Assembly (NCBI GenBank): GCA_001949185.1
Contig: BDGG01000001.1
Location: 4,205,624-4,269,623, forward strand
DNA: 64,000 bases
Origin: Ramazzottius varieornatus
Lineage: Eukaryota > Animalia > Tardigrada
Direction: 5' to 3'
Below, piece after piece: positions 12,322 through 25,900 of this stretch. Each line of letters opens with the position of its first letter. Positions within the stretch are counted from its first letter, which is position 1. Position numbers and translations under genes: made by a program. The notes below the pieces were generated by a model. It had not been told where the DNA came from and searched no databases. It was given only the letters and a program-made list of their open reading frames with translations.

Positions 12322-13943
12322 TCAATCTGACCTTAATTCTTTCTTTCTGTAGTAATTGGTACAAAGAGAAAGGAATTGCTCGTAACAGTAGAAGTTTAGT
12401 CCAGTGGCTATCGCGGCTTTGATGAGACTCGGACTACAACAGAGATGATACCATAGCACGAACTGGAAGCACAAATAACTGGAACGTCGACAGAGGAATT
12501 TGTCCAGATCGTATTCCGAACTGGAGCACGCCTTCGCCAGTACAAAAAAAACATGCGCCATTTCAGTAACGATCAGGGCGAGACCATTTGCCGGCGTTCC
12601 AATTATTTTGTTTTTCGAAGCTGGAACAAAGAACTACAGCAGTGTTTGCAACTGTATACGGAACGTACCTGTAACCTTTGAAGAAACCAGCCAACCCTTC
12701 TATCCGCCAAATTTCTTTTATTCCGTGCCGAAAGCTGTGAACGGAGACCAGCTGTCCGAAACCCCGTCGACCTTCTTCAAAACCCTGCACTTGCAACCTC
12801 TTCTTCAAAACGTCCAGCGGGTAGATTATTGTCTTTGCGAAGGCACCAGCCATGAAGCCACAACACAAGCTTTCCACCGCCCCTGCAGTCAAAAAAAGCA
12901 CTGTTATCACAACAGTCACATTGAATGCGCAGCACCGTACGTTCTTTCCTGGCCGGAAAGGCCCGAGACTGCCAAAGGACGGTCTCAACTGAAAGTAGTC
13001 TCTTACCGGCTTCCGAGGAGGTCTTTCCGGTATATTTTCGGAACATGCTTTGGAACTTGGCATAGAATGCGAAGGAAGCTCCGTTGTACGGGACTATCTG
13101 GATCACAGCAGGGATCACTCCGCGATAGAATCCGCGAACTCCTTCGTGACGCGCTATCAGTCGCATCGATTGAAACATGCTGCTGTAAACCTACAAGCAT
13201 ATCAAACTAGACAATCCAACCTTTTACGCGCAATAAAGAACTACACTACTCGACGTATCCTAGATAAATAGGTTGGCGAACCTTTTGCTGGCCTTGAGAA
13301 ACAAACCGGGTTCGGACAACATCGAGGGGATGAGCCGCTACTGTGGCGGCCACGCCCGACACACTACCACACAAGAAGTAAAATACTGGGTCCCGGGGAT
13401 TCTGCGTGAGATTCAGGTTCCATAAGGACTGGTTGAGAGCTTCAAAGGAAGCGAACTGCGAACAAACACAAACGAATCTCGATTGAATCGATAATAGCGA
13501 ATAATTCTCGAACTGCGCAAGATGATTCAGGTTTGTCGCCTTCACCTGGACGAGTCCGTACACTATCGACAACGACTGCGCCGCGAGTAATCCTTTCTGC
13601 AACAAGAACACAAGGTAAAAGTGACAGCAGGATGTAGCTAAAAATAGCACTGTACGTGAAGATCGGATCAGCTGACGCAAAAATAACGTGGGATAAGCAT
13701 GCGCACCCATAGAGCTCCGAATCCCTCCTCCTTAACAATAAGTCCGAATGCCTGGTTGAGGCTTTGATATTTGGAGATGCTGCTTCCTCGCTCAATCGGC
13801 TCGATTTGGAGCTGGAAACGAATTTTACAAACATCAATCGGTTGGGTAAAGACGCGAGAGATGAAGGCGGCAGATGCGCCACAGAATCCGTAAACATATT
13901 TTGGAACTCGAACCGTCTGTGGGTCTGGATTGTATCCCACCAT
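12322..13943 (-). CDS. SLC25A19: Mitochondrial thiamine pyrophosphate carrier, multi-exon
   Basis: N-terminus MVGYNP; three carrier motifs PIDVCKIRFQLQIEP, HPLDVVRTRF and YPLDVLKKRLQVQGFEEGRRGFG. Confidence 0.88.
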
Positions 13944-14497
13944 AGAGTCATAGGGATCCTTTCGCTGTGTTGATCTAAATGGGTAAGAACAATTCTATTC
14001 GTTAAGGCGAAGGTCAGAAAGATCCGAGGAAGGTAAGATCCGCTGGAGAACGAAGATTGAAGATGATTGAAGAATGATGAAGATTGAAGAATCCAACAAA
14101 ATTTCGAAACGTGAGAAGGTTTGTCTTGTGAACTCGCGCATTTCGTCGTCACAGAACACCAGCGAAGTTGCGTAGACTGGTGTGAACGGCCGAAGGATCA
14201 ATCAAGCGAGGTCTTTATCGTCGATTTCAACTAATGATTTTCAAATCAATCGATAGTAGTCAACAGGTCAATTCGGTAGAGATTTCTTTTCGCGCTGTCG
14301 CTTCCACGGCTTCACTAGTCTTCTACCGCAATGTTGTGAATGACTTTGTTTTCCTTTTAGGAGAAATCAAGTTATTTTTTTCACTTTTGTAATTTTTGTT
14401 TGTTGCTCTTCTCCCATTCTTTCCTCTGCGCGAGGGACAGTCGCAACTTACTCGTTATACATTGCGTATTGGGAGAGCTGTTGCGGTTGACATAGGA
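13944..14497. promoter_or_regulatory. Probable bidirectional promoter / 5' UTR region between SLC25A19 and lin-7
   Basis: Head-to-head start codons about 550 bp apart; inferred from gene arrangement only. Confidence 0.5.
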
Positions 14498-15436
14498 ATG
14501 GCGGCTCGGACTGAGCATTTCAATCTCGCTCGAGGTAAGAACGGATGCGGTGGGTATGTTGTGGCGAATTGCTCTTCAGCTTAATGCTGCTAATCGATAT
14601 CAACTTCATGCTTCCTTTCTGGTTATCAGATGTTCAGAGAGCGATAGAGCTGTTGGAACGACTGAAACAAAGTATGTAATCCATCTTTAGTCCCCCTAGA
14701 CCTAAGCGAGATACTCCTGGCTCTGCTGAGAATCTGATCTTCTTTGACTTCCGGTTGTCTTTCGGTAGATGATAGCTTGCCCGTGCAGAAGTTGACAGCT
14801 CTACAGCGCGTCCTGCAAAGCGAGTTTTGCACCTCGGTCCGAGAGGTTTACGAATATGTATACCAGACCATCAGCCGCGACGGAGACCTCAGTCCGGAAA
14901 TACGAGCGAACGCGACAGCAAAGGTACGTCACCCTAATTAATTGGGCGATTAGAAGGCGAAAAATAATGTCACTGATGTCTGTCTCTTCGATTCAGGCGA
15001 CAGTTGCTGCATTCGCCGCCAGCGAAGGCCATGCTCATCCACGTGTTGTAGAGCTGCCGAAGACGGACGAAGGCTTGGGCTTCAACATAATGGGTGGGAA
15101 AGAACAAAATTCGCCCATTTATATCTCACGCATTATTCCTGGGGGAGTGGCTGATCGTCATGGCGGACTGAAGAGGGGTGATCAGCTCTTGAGCGTCAAC
15201 GGAGTGGTAAATTCTTCAGTGTCCAGGTGGTCAGACCAGCACTTCAGAATGCTCACGCTTTAGTTTTCTTGCAGTCCGTTGAAGGAGAATCGCACGAACG
15301 AGCGGTAGAGTTGCTAAAGCAGGCTACCGGAAGTGCCATGCTGGTTGTTCGTTATAGCCCGAAGATCCTTGAAGATATGGAATATCGTTTCGAACAGCAC
15401 CGAAATGCTAACCGGAAACCTGCTCCCGCGCCATAA
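14498..15436 (+). CDS. lin-7: LIN-7/Veli/MALS (L27 + PDZ), multi-exon
   Basis: [17 protein letters not shown] and [54 protein letters not shown]. Confidence 0.95.
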
Positions 15437-16198
15437 AGGTCTGCATGAAATTCTGTCGTTGCCCAGTCCACAATGATGAAGGATTTGTGCTGTGCAGTCT
15501 TCAGCTCACTTACTACGGTGTGTTTGGATCTCAAGATACCTGTGCTGTTTCTACGTTTTTTCGTGAACATCGCGGCTGGCGTTTCATCAAGTAAGAATCG
15601 TTTTCTATATTGTTTTGTTTAGTGGTTATTTTCCAAGATTGTTCTTGCTTTAACTTTCTAGTTTGGTGAGGTGATATGGCCTCTGACTGGCCAAGTACAG
15701 TCCTGCGCTGCTGTGTTAAGTGTGCTGTATAGTAAGTGCACTGCAAAGGCAATACCTGCAGGAATTCGTCTTCCAGCTTTCTCCTGTTTGAGGTTGTATA
15801 AAGAACGTGTATATCGTAGGAGAAGGCATGAGTACTCTCGCTTTTGCTGCAGTGGCGTGACATTGTGAAGTTACAAGGCTACGATCAATTCGGCAATTAT
15901 GGTGAACGAGAAAGGCGGAAAATCGATTTCGTCAAGCCTGACATCCGTTGATTGGCATACCCACGTTGTCCGTACGTCCGCTGACAGTTAGAACTTGGAA
16001 GTGAATAGGGCAAGATTCGGTTTAGTACTTCCGTCCAGACAGGGAAGCGGATGCACGACGAGCAGTGTAGTTCGGTCGCTCTTCTCGAATTCAAATTTTC
16101 AGAATCGCACGCCTGTTTGTTGCTGCGGCAAACTTTGTGTTTTGACGTGCGGAAATCTTGGCTTTGGAGCTATTGCACCGCAGTTTCGGGTTCCGGTT

Positions 16199-19100
16199 AT
16201 GTATCCAGGGCGAGCTCCGCGAGGAGGCCCGCAGCCTTTCGCACTTCCCGGTCTGGCACTTCACCAGCGCGACCCACGATTTGCCGACCAGTCGGCGTTC
16301 CTCATCGACAATGACGACCAGCCACCTCCGTTTGAGGAGACATGGAGTCACACATCTTTATCCGACACCACATCACGCATTCTGGTCCCCGACGACCTCG
16401 ACGGTCCGCATGTACCATCGCTGCCTCGAAGAGGACGGAGTGTCTCGTTTTCCGACGTCGCAGAAGGCCAAGATCGACTTCCTCATTTCGGTACGGCAAA
16501 TGACCCAGAGGCTGCTGAGTTGACGTTGACTGCACGAAGTCTAGATTCGAATGGCAACCCACGAAGTCCTCATCTTTCGCCAAGTGGTTCTCAGTATGGT
16601 AGTGAAAACACAGCATCGGGCTCGACGATATCCGGTTCCACCCCCACGAGCGGGACAGGTTCGGGGTCTACCGTAACCTCGTCTGACGACAGCGAGGAAG
16701 AGGACGAAACGCCTTTTGTGGAGCTGCTGGACGAGGACCTTTATGAGTCATTGCGTGACGGGTGAGAGCCACAGTACTGTACTGTATTCAAAACTGATAT
16801 CGCTGGCGAAGACTCCTTGCAATGGAATTCCTTTGGCAGGTAATCGTTTTGGTTTTCTTTCCAGCGAGGACTTTGATTACATTGGCCTGATGGCTCACCC
16901 AACAACTGGACTAGACGAGGATAAACTTAAGGAAAACCTGGAGTCCGTGAAGGAGATCGTTAACAAAATCAAGGATCAACCATGGCACATGAGAAGGAAG
17001 ATGAAACTTTACAGGTACCAATATCCTGTTTTAGAAGTTTAGCCAGTAAGAATTTAAGTCACTAAAATGTATTAATATTAGCTGCGGCTGTGTTTGCAGG
17101 ATCTCTCAAATTTATATTGGACGCTACGAAGGCAGGTTGAATAGAGGTCGGGCAAATGCGGCGAACCTGGCAAAGGTGAGTCTGAAAATGTGATGGCAGC
17201 GGTTCGAGATAGACTTTCCTGCAGTCGTGTTGGTCTACGTCAATTAGCAAAGGTTCCGTGTGTGTTTAGTTCTTCAAACAAATACGTCGGAATCTCGAGA
17301 ACTTGATCGCGGTGCTGCAGCCATGGGAAGAGCGTATCAAGAGCATCGAGAATCGATTCGGGTCCGCTGCTGCATCTTACTTCATCTTGCTCCGGTGAGT
17401 AGACGACCAATTAAACCAACACCGTTGTTCGTTCGAAGGTCGTGCAGTTGTTGGGTGTTGGCAGGTGGGTGATTTGGATCAATTTGATACAAACATTCTT
17501 TATTTTGGGCTTGGTAATGGTCCCTGAACTTATTTGGGGCGAGAAGAACGGCGAAACATGGCGAACCACCATGACCAAGGAGGAAATCAGCACGGCCCTC
17601 ACCTGGTCCACCATCTACCACTACGGCGGATACATCAAGTACACACCGGTGTATTATGGGTACTACTCCGACAACCCTTCCTTCAGCTTCGGATACCGAC
17701 TTCCTTTAGCGTACCTGGCCACAACGCTCGCGATATTACTACACAGCTTTTGGGCGGTTCTGGCCAAGTAATTCGAAGTCTCCCACAAACTTTGAACTAC
17801 TGTATTTTAGTAACCTTTTCTACACGCTAACAGAGGATGATGCGAAAGAGGATGACGCAATCGAAGGAATGAAAACCGAAATTCTGGCAAACGAAATTTG
17901 CAGGATTGTTACCTCAAGTGGCGCACGTTTTGATTGTTATTGGCTGGAAACGTGCGCCGCTTAGATAACGATGTTGTACTGTGCTCCCATCTGCCGGCCT
18001 CCCAGTTGAATGATCAAAGGCTTTTTACGAAGAGATCAGATTTATTTTGTAGTGAAAATATTTCTGATCTGCAGGATGGCTACGAACGTGAGAGAAGGTA
18101 CTGGTGGAGGTGGTACTGACCAGTATCAATTTGCTACCCGCAGTTACTGCAGTTGGGACTATATGATCGCGAACCGCGACACCGGCGACAACAAAGTAGC
18201 CGCGATCAGTCGGGCGTTCAAAGAATACATTCTCGAAGAGCATCATAGAGGGGAGAAAGACCACAATAAATGGCTCCGGTTGTTTCTTCGTATCCTAGCT
18301 TGGGTTATTACGGGCCTCCTGTTGGCTCTATCTGTGTACATCCTGATGCAAGTGATGGAATGGAAGAAGACCTTCAAGGATCCGAATCCATCATACTTCC
18401 AGTCCAACGCCCAAGCTCTGACGTTCAAAGGAATCTCTCTGGTCTTCCCGGAATTATTTGAGAAACTTGAACATCTGGAAGAGTACCACCCTTTGATCAA
18501 CTTGCGGTTGCATTTGACAAGGATCGCCATGCTGAATTTGGTGACCAACTACGCCCTTATCCAGAACTGGATCTCAGAGGCGAACGAAATGGTACGCACT
18601 CGGCTCTCTAATCGCTAACACTGTTCTATGATTATTTTCTGATGGCATTTTCTTTCAGTATGAGGAATCCGAGCACGCAAAGCACGATTTCATATGGATC
18701 TGGAATACTTCGATTCCCCGGCCGTTCGACTGGGAACAATTGACCAGTGCCCATGTGGTCGGCGGCCACGGTGGAGGAGGCGGACATGGGGATGGTGGTC
18801 ACGGAGGTGCTGCAGCTGGAAAACACGGCGCACCAGCCGGTGGACATGGCGGCTCTTCTGAAGGGGGCCATGGGACTGCAGCAAGTGAGCATGGCGCAGC
18901 ATCTTTCGGTCACGCAGCGCCCTCTGCAGGGGGCCACGGGGAAAGTGCCAACACTGGTCACCAACCAGCTAATGCTCATGGAGCTGCTGCTGACGCCCAC
19001 GGAGCTTCATCTTCTGCGAGACATGGAGCTTCTGAAGGTACTCAGAGGGTTGCTGTTGAGGCCCATGGGGCTTCTACTGGTCGTCACGAAGCTGCGGGAA

Positions 19101-21589
19101 GCGCGCATGATGCAGCGGCTGGTGCTGTTCATGGGTCTTCGACGGGTAGTAACGGCCACCAGGTTTCAGACAATGCACACGCCGCTCCTGGAGCAGCAGA
19201 TGCAAGCCACGGCTCCGCAGCTGGATCTCAGCCCGGGCTAGTTGAAGAACAGATACCAATAATTCTGCATGCCCCTCAAAGACGGCCGGATTTTTCACTG
19301 GGAGTCGTCGATCCTCCACCCCGAGCCCGCTTCGTCGCACCAGGAACCAGTGTAGCTGCACATGGAGTGATCGAGCACGGAGCGTCCGCAGGCAAGCAAC
19401 ACGGAGCTGAGCATGAGGCCAAAGTCCCCAGCCACGACGCGCATATGACGGAAACTTCTACCCAGTCAACCGATACCACAGAGTCACAGGCACCGCGGCC
19501 CATGATTTCCTACAACGTTGCAGACAACGTACCGCATATTCTCAACGGGAACGTGTCCAATCCCAACCCGGAAACGCAGGGTCTTAGTCTTGGGGACGTG
19601 GTTGCAGTAGCGAGGACCAATGCATCACAGGTTAGCACGGAGGTTACGACGACTACCGCTTCAACGCTGAGTACATTTCAAGGACCAGTCAGTAATGACA
19701 CCACAACCACAGTCCATGTGAACACATGGCCGACGCGGCTGGTGAGCAAGAGACCTCCGACAACCACAAGACCACCAACGACCACCACGCCACCTCCAAT
19801 CACCGTGGAAAAGTTGAAAGAATGGTAGGATGCTAGATTGAATGCTAGATAGAATTGTAACTGAGTGCTAATGATGACGTCTTCCAGGTGTTGGGAAAAC
19901 AAGGTAGCGTTCGAAGGTCTGGAAAACCTGGTAACTGAATCCATCACCGGTGTTTTGGAAGTGGTGCTGCTCGAACTGGTGCGGGGCGCCTTCGTCCGCT
20001 TGCTTCGAAATTGTTGGTTCTGGGACCTGGAATCCGTTCCAGGGTATCCCAACTTCCGTATATCGGAAAATGTGCTGAGTATCATCACCGGCCAGCAGAT
20101 GACATGGTACGTACCACAAGTATTTTCCTCCTTCGTGATTACGGTGGCTTTATACCGTTAGTTGGCAGGGTTGCCTTCTTCTTCGCGCCCGCCTTAATCC
20201 CCATCCACTTGGTTCGCTTGGTTTTCCTAATGTACTTCCGCAGCTGGGTTACTCACGTTTGTGACGTCCCGCCGGAAACTATGTTCAACACCGGCAAAGG
20301 CAACAACTTTTACTTCTTCATTCTTCTGCTGATGCTCTTCGTCTCTACCTTGTTCATCGGGTACACAATTGTTTTCCTGCCACCTTCCTGGCAGTGTGGA
20401 CCTTTCAGGTACGTTCACATTTACTCGAAAGAATTTCTCCAACCATCCAAGACGACGAATATTTTCTCAGCCTGGGCCTCGTTGCACTGTATTTTTGTTC
20501 GCAGCCGGTACGCGAAAATTTCCGACGTCTTCGTGCAAAGTGTCGGAACCCTTCCCAATTTAGCGCACCAAGCGATCGACTACATCTCGTCACCGGCGCT
20601 CATTATTCCAGCTGTACTATTTTTAATGTAAGACAAAAACACATTCTGTGCTGTTACTCTTCAGAAAACGTAACGGTGATATTTCTCACAGGATAGTCAT
20701 ATTTTACCTGTTCGCCGCGAGGTCCGCTCTGGCAAAGCATGCTGCTGATCTCACCCGCACCTTAGATCTAGTAAGAGCCACTCTTCTCAGCCAGGCGCCC
20801 TGACCTACCTTGTTTCGTAATGGTTCAATTTTAACAGGAGCGAACCGAGGAACGCCGAAAGATGTTGGCGCAGATGGAAGCCAAACAGAAGAAAGCCCAG
20901 CAAAAGCTCTTGGGCGGCGGTGATGACGCCCTGGAAGTAACGCTGGATCAAGCAGCGGAGAACAGTAAGCAAAAGCAATGTCACTTAATTCGCTTCTCAT
21001 CTTCATAAGTGTACTTGTAGCCGCGAGTCTTCTGGATAAAATGAAGAATAGAGGTTTCCCACCGGACGAACTGCGCAACCCTAAAGAAGACAAACGGCGA
21101 AGTAGGGCAGCAAGTTTGCTGGCGATGTCGACAGCGGAACTCAACCCTGCTCAGCCTGATATCAGTGGCGGGGACATGTTTAGCGAAGTTGGTTCGACAC
21201 CTCGCGGCGAGCAGGGAATCCTCACGCAACAACCAACAGGCCTTCGTGAAGAGCCTCGTCTCCCATCCGACCTGGTGCTTTTCTCAAAGATTGCTCGGGC
21301 CAAGCAGAAGTTCAAACATAAACCGGCGGAACCTGTAGTAGAACCAACTGTGCGGGACGGGGCGGGATTAGTCCCAGGGGGAGAAGCGCAGCGTTTGACA
21401 GAAACTGTGAATGAAATGAGAACTCCGGTTATGGTCGCGAATATCTTAATGACTGCGAAAATTTCTCGCACCAAAGAGAAGTTCAAAAGACATAGGAAGC
21501 ACATGGCGTCGGTTGCCGAAGAAGAAACTACGGAAGCGGCGGAAACCGCGATTGACGTGGCAGGACCGTCTCCAGGTCGAGAGGGGTGA
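16199..21589 (+). CDS. Tmc: Transmembrane channel-like (TMC) protein, multi-exon; start codon approximate
   Basis: [71 protein letters not shown]. Confidence 0.88.
17916..17962. repeat. Family A palindrome copy (Tmc intron)
   Basis: aagtggcgcac-N25-gtgcgccgctt. Confidence 0.85.
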
Positions 21590-21874
21590 TGTTTGTAGAT
21601 TTACTTGCTTTGCCTATATTATACTCTCAAACCAGAGTATGAAACGATGGAAGACTCCTGGAGGTGGGGATGGTGTTGGCAATACTGTATATTTCATTTT
21701 CACGGTTGCGTTGTCTTACGAGTAGCGGCAACAAGGAAGTACTTCATGCACTTATCGGTAAACTAGTGTGATAGCCAGAATCCTCCCAGGGTATTTCCTT
21801 CACCCTGGCTATCTTGATAGACCGGCGTTGCCGAAATAATGTTTTACGGGTAAAGCAGAACATTTTCATGGAAT

Positions 21875-22549
21875 ATGTGTCTCGTTGATCGCGCTTTTGG
21901 AATTACTAGACACAGATTACCCACAAATTGTTGTATCTTGGTGGTGCACGTATTTGCCCTGATTTACTCCGCACGAAATGGTAACGTGACCTTCTCTTTG
22001 ATGAAAATAAAAATATTATGTTGAGGTTTTGCTTTAGCTGTATTGTTGCGGTCCCATAGTTCACAGCATATCCTGCTACGAATGCAACTCCCACTATGAT
22101 CCAAGATGTGACGACCATTTTGACAATCTGACCTACCCGTTGACGGACTGCAAGTACAAAGTCAAGCCTCATCTGGGACTGTCGGGAGCGCCCATGTGCC
22201 GCAAAGCCATAAGCTACGGTAAGATATAGATATGACTTCCGTTCGTTACTGTTCTACAGTGGCGAATTCGTGTTGCTTTATCATGTTCTGGGATAATTTA
22301 GTGCAAGGCGAAAAACGAGTGGTTCGAGAATGCGCCTTCTTCGGTCTCATCGGCTATAACGACGGACGATGGTGCTTGGAACGTATGGGGACGAAGTATA
22401 TCAAATATAGCGTATGCCTTTGTAATAACAAAGATGGATGTAACGGAGCATCTTTGCGGAAGAACCTCGGACAAAGTGTCTGGTTAATTCTTGTTCTCAG
22501 AGTTCTTGTTGTCCTTGCCGCATTTCCTGTCGCCCACCGTAACGTTTAA
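21875..22549 (+). CDS. crok: GPI-anchored Ly6/three-finger protein, crooked-like (3 exons)
   Basis: Hydrophobic leader exon 21875-21980, then ISCYECNSHYDPRCDDHFDN...MCRK...RECAF...CLERMG...CLCNNKDGCNGA and a hydrophobic C-terminus. Confidence 0.75.
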
Positions 22550-22947
22550 CCGGTGGCACACGCGTTTCTCGGACAAAAAGAACGGGTGATGCGAAATTTT
22601 TTTTAATTTGTGCCCGTACTTAGGTTGCTGGAATAAAATGGTCGCCAGTAACGAAAGGTCGCAGTTGTAAAGTTGATGATGCAGAGCCAGTAATAAGTGT
22701 TGTCTGGATGTTATGATACTCACGTCATGTCATATTATCTTATAACCCATTTTAGATTAAGAGTAAGTACTTTGTTGTTTTCTCACTTTTCTCAGTTTTC
22801 TAGTTCTTCCCTTGGCTTGAGAGTTGGACCCTTGAGACTCTTGTAGCTAAGTTAGCTAACGCCTTAACGGAATAGTTTTCAGACTTCTGCTTGATGATAT
22901 CTGCCTTGCCGTTGACGGCTATAAGGATACAGAATTAAGGGACCAAG

Positions 22948-25900
22948 ATGAATACAGCTCCGGATCCAGGAGATACTAAGGTAAGCCACAGCGGGAATCG
23001 TGTCAATGCATATACCAGTATACGTATGCCCCTCTGTTATTGCAGGACTTTCGTTTCGAAAAGTTGGCCGAAGCTGTATCATGGAGTGCCGACAAAGAGA
23101 AACTGTTTTCTGGAGTGATACGGGGAATAACAGCGACAAACCGTTATGGATTCGTCGTCACTATTGCAGAAAAAGGTTGGTCGAAAACTAATGATGTTAT
23201 TGCTTCTATGTACTGCAATTGGAACTCAGTAAGACTAAATAATGGATATTTCTCGTAGGCTTCTACGTCGTCGTGAACGCTCAGCTCCAGGGTGCTTTGG
23301 CTGTGAAAGCCGATCAACCGTCAGTACTTGGAAAGCTTGGCGTCACCATCCATCTAGACGACCAACCACTTCTGGTCTCCTTCAGCTCATCCGGCCTTGT
23401 TCTAGCCGTCCACATGATGCGACAGGATGTTCCTGTTGCGTATCTGTACGATACACGAGCCTTCGCTCGAATGGTAAAATTATGTCCCCTTCTTCGCTTA
23501 GACGCATACGTCGCATATATTACTTCTGACGTTCACGCATTCTTAATTACAGGATAGCCAAACTCAACCATTCCAGATTATCATCCTTAGCAGCACTCCA
23601 CATAACGCGCTGTTGGACTTCGGATGGATACCCATTCCGGAAGAAGAAACATTCATCGTCGTCATGCAGAATGGCTCGTTGGCCAGTTTTCAAGTAGGGG
23701 GACAGACTTCCGGCGTCACAACTAAGTCACTGGCCACCGGAAGTGGACCTGATCGTGCTACCTGCGTCAGCTGGAGTCCCAAAGGAAAACAGTAAGAAGC
23801 TTCCAGATTCGATCAGTAATCCGTCTAGACTCACCGAGCTCAATTCGAGACATTAGGATATGGTTCTTCTATTTCTACCGTGATGAGAGATTTCAAGTAT
23901 ACGAACGAAATCTTATGTACCTACATACCCCTATTCGGTAACGAAGTACGCTGTTTACTGTATGCAGGTTCGTGACGGTCTAGTTTCTTCTCATAGGTTT
24001 GTGGTGGGACGAGCCGATGGATCGTTAGTTCAATACAAGCCCGATCTCACGGTAGCTCGGTTGATTCCGGGTCCGTCAGGACAGCAAGTTTCAACCAGTA
24101 GCGTAGTCTGGTTGTCCACATTCGTCTTTGCGGTATGCTACAGAAGACCCGACGACATCCAACCCATCCTCGTCATCGTCCACGCTCCCAAAGCAGGCGA
24201 ACCCATCTTTACCAACTACGAAGATGTCTGTGGTGGTTTCACAGATCAAAGACAGCCCTTCTATCACATGATGGCCCTGTTGGAATGGAGAATGCTGTTG
24301 GTAGCTAGTAATACGGCACAAGAAGTGGCTGTGTTAGTATGTCAGTCTGAAGACGAGACTACAGGCTGGCTGCATCTGATACTTGACGAGACTGGCCGAG
24401 CTGAAGTGCCACTAGTGGGCTCAGATGAATCGTTTCCGCTTGGACTGACCGTCCTTACTTCTGTGGCGTCTGCACCGGTCTTGTTGGTGGCGACTACGTT
24501 GGGGATTGTCGTGTCGTTCAAAGTAGTCAATAGGTTACCGATTAAGGGCGCGACTGACCCGAACAGTATTCTTTGCAGGTGAGAAGCTCCCGGACTGTTT
24601 CGGAAAGAACAAGTCTTGGCAGTAGGGAAATCCTCAAAACGTTACAACCATAACATATTTCGATCTAATTATTTTTTTCTGAACGTGTTAGGCCGCCAGA
24701 GAATATCGCTTCAGCCGGAAGTGAACGACCAGGCCTAGTTGGAATCCAGAGTTCGGCACCAAGCACTTCCACAACACCACAAACAACGAAAGAAAACCCT
24801 CCGAGTTCTAGTACAAGCTTAGCTCCGAGCAAACCTGCGCAGTCAGAAGAACAACCTCCTTCGCCTGGGACGCAGGCTAGAAAGGCGTTGTTCGCTGCTG
24901 GGATGGCTACACAAAGTCCGCTGTCGTTATCTACTAATACTTCAGCTGGCGGATTCGGAGCTCATCCTTCCAGTGTAGCTCCCGCTGGCCAAAGCTTTGG
25001 CTCGCTGTTTGGACAAGCAACAGCAACACAGAATGTCAGCGGTGGTGGAATGGTCACGAAAGAAGCTCCGAAGGAAGTCTCGAAGGCTCCGCTAAATGAA
25101 GGATTCACGTCAAGCCGAGCAAGTGCAGCCGCGCCTTCACCGAAAGCTAACGGGGCTTCCACCCACCCTGTTCTAACGACCATCATTGGCTCGCAGGTAG
25201 TGTAACCCTTCGTTTCCTTTTTCGGACCGTCCATTGTTGCTGCTTCATGGCGGCATCACGAGCTAGTGAATGTAGCCATATTGCACGGAGCTGCGTACTA
25301 CGGGTTCGTGGTTAGAGTGTAATTCTCTGTATGCAGGTTTTTGTCTGATTTTGAATGTGTAAAATCAACAGGGCTGACATTCTTCTTTACAGCCGGAGCT
25401 CAAAGGAAGTTCGCCTTCGCATCATGCACGATCGGTTCCCGCTTCGATATCATCAAAGAAACTTGTTGACTTCGTCAAAAAAATCAGCGCTCATGGACAA
25501 GACATCAAGCGGGACGCCGCTCCCCATTCCTCTACCTTCGACCTTTCTCAAGTCGAAGAACGAATGAAGTCCATCCAGACAGCTCTCGACGCCTTCACCC
25601 AGTACTACGAAGAAGCCTGGTTGCGACTTCACCAAGTACAACCATTCGCAATGCATAAAAGTTTTCTCTTACTGTCACCTCTGACGCACCTGCATGCTTC
25701 CGCGCCGTAGTCTTTGCACATTTTCCTTGTGTGCAGGTACTCGAACAATCGTGCTTACTTTCAGTTCTAACGCATTTTCTGTTGCAGTCGGAACGGAATT
25801 TGGACCAGAGTCTGCACGTTATCGAGGAGACCAAGTACGTCGTGGAGCACTGTACAGGCTCAGACTTGTTAGCTTCCTTCAAGCTCCTGCCTCTCAACCC

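Noticed and set aside
12500-14152. Long ORFs 12500-13210 (+) and 13442-14152 (-)
   Set aside because: They are shadow or alternative frames of the SLC25A19 exons with no motif of their own.
21937-21952. ggtggtgcacg as a family A arm
   Set aside because: It lies in the signal-peptide exon of the Ly6 gene and has no partner arm at 47 bp.
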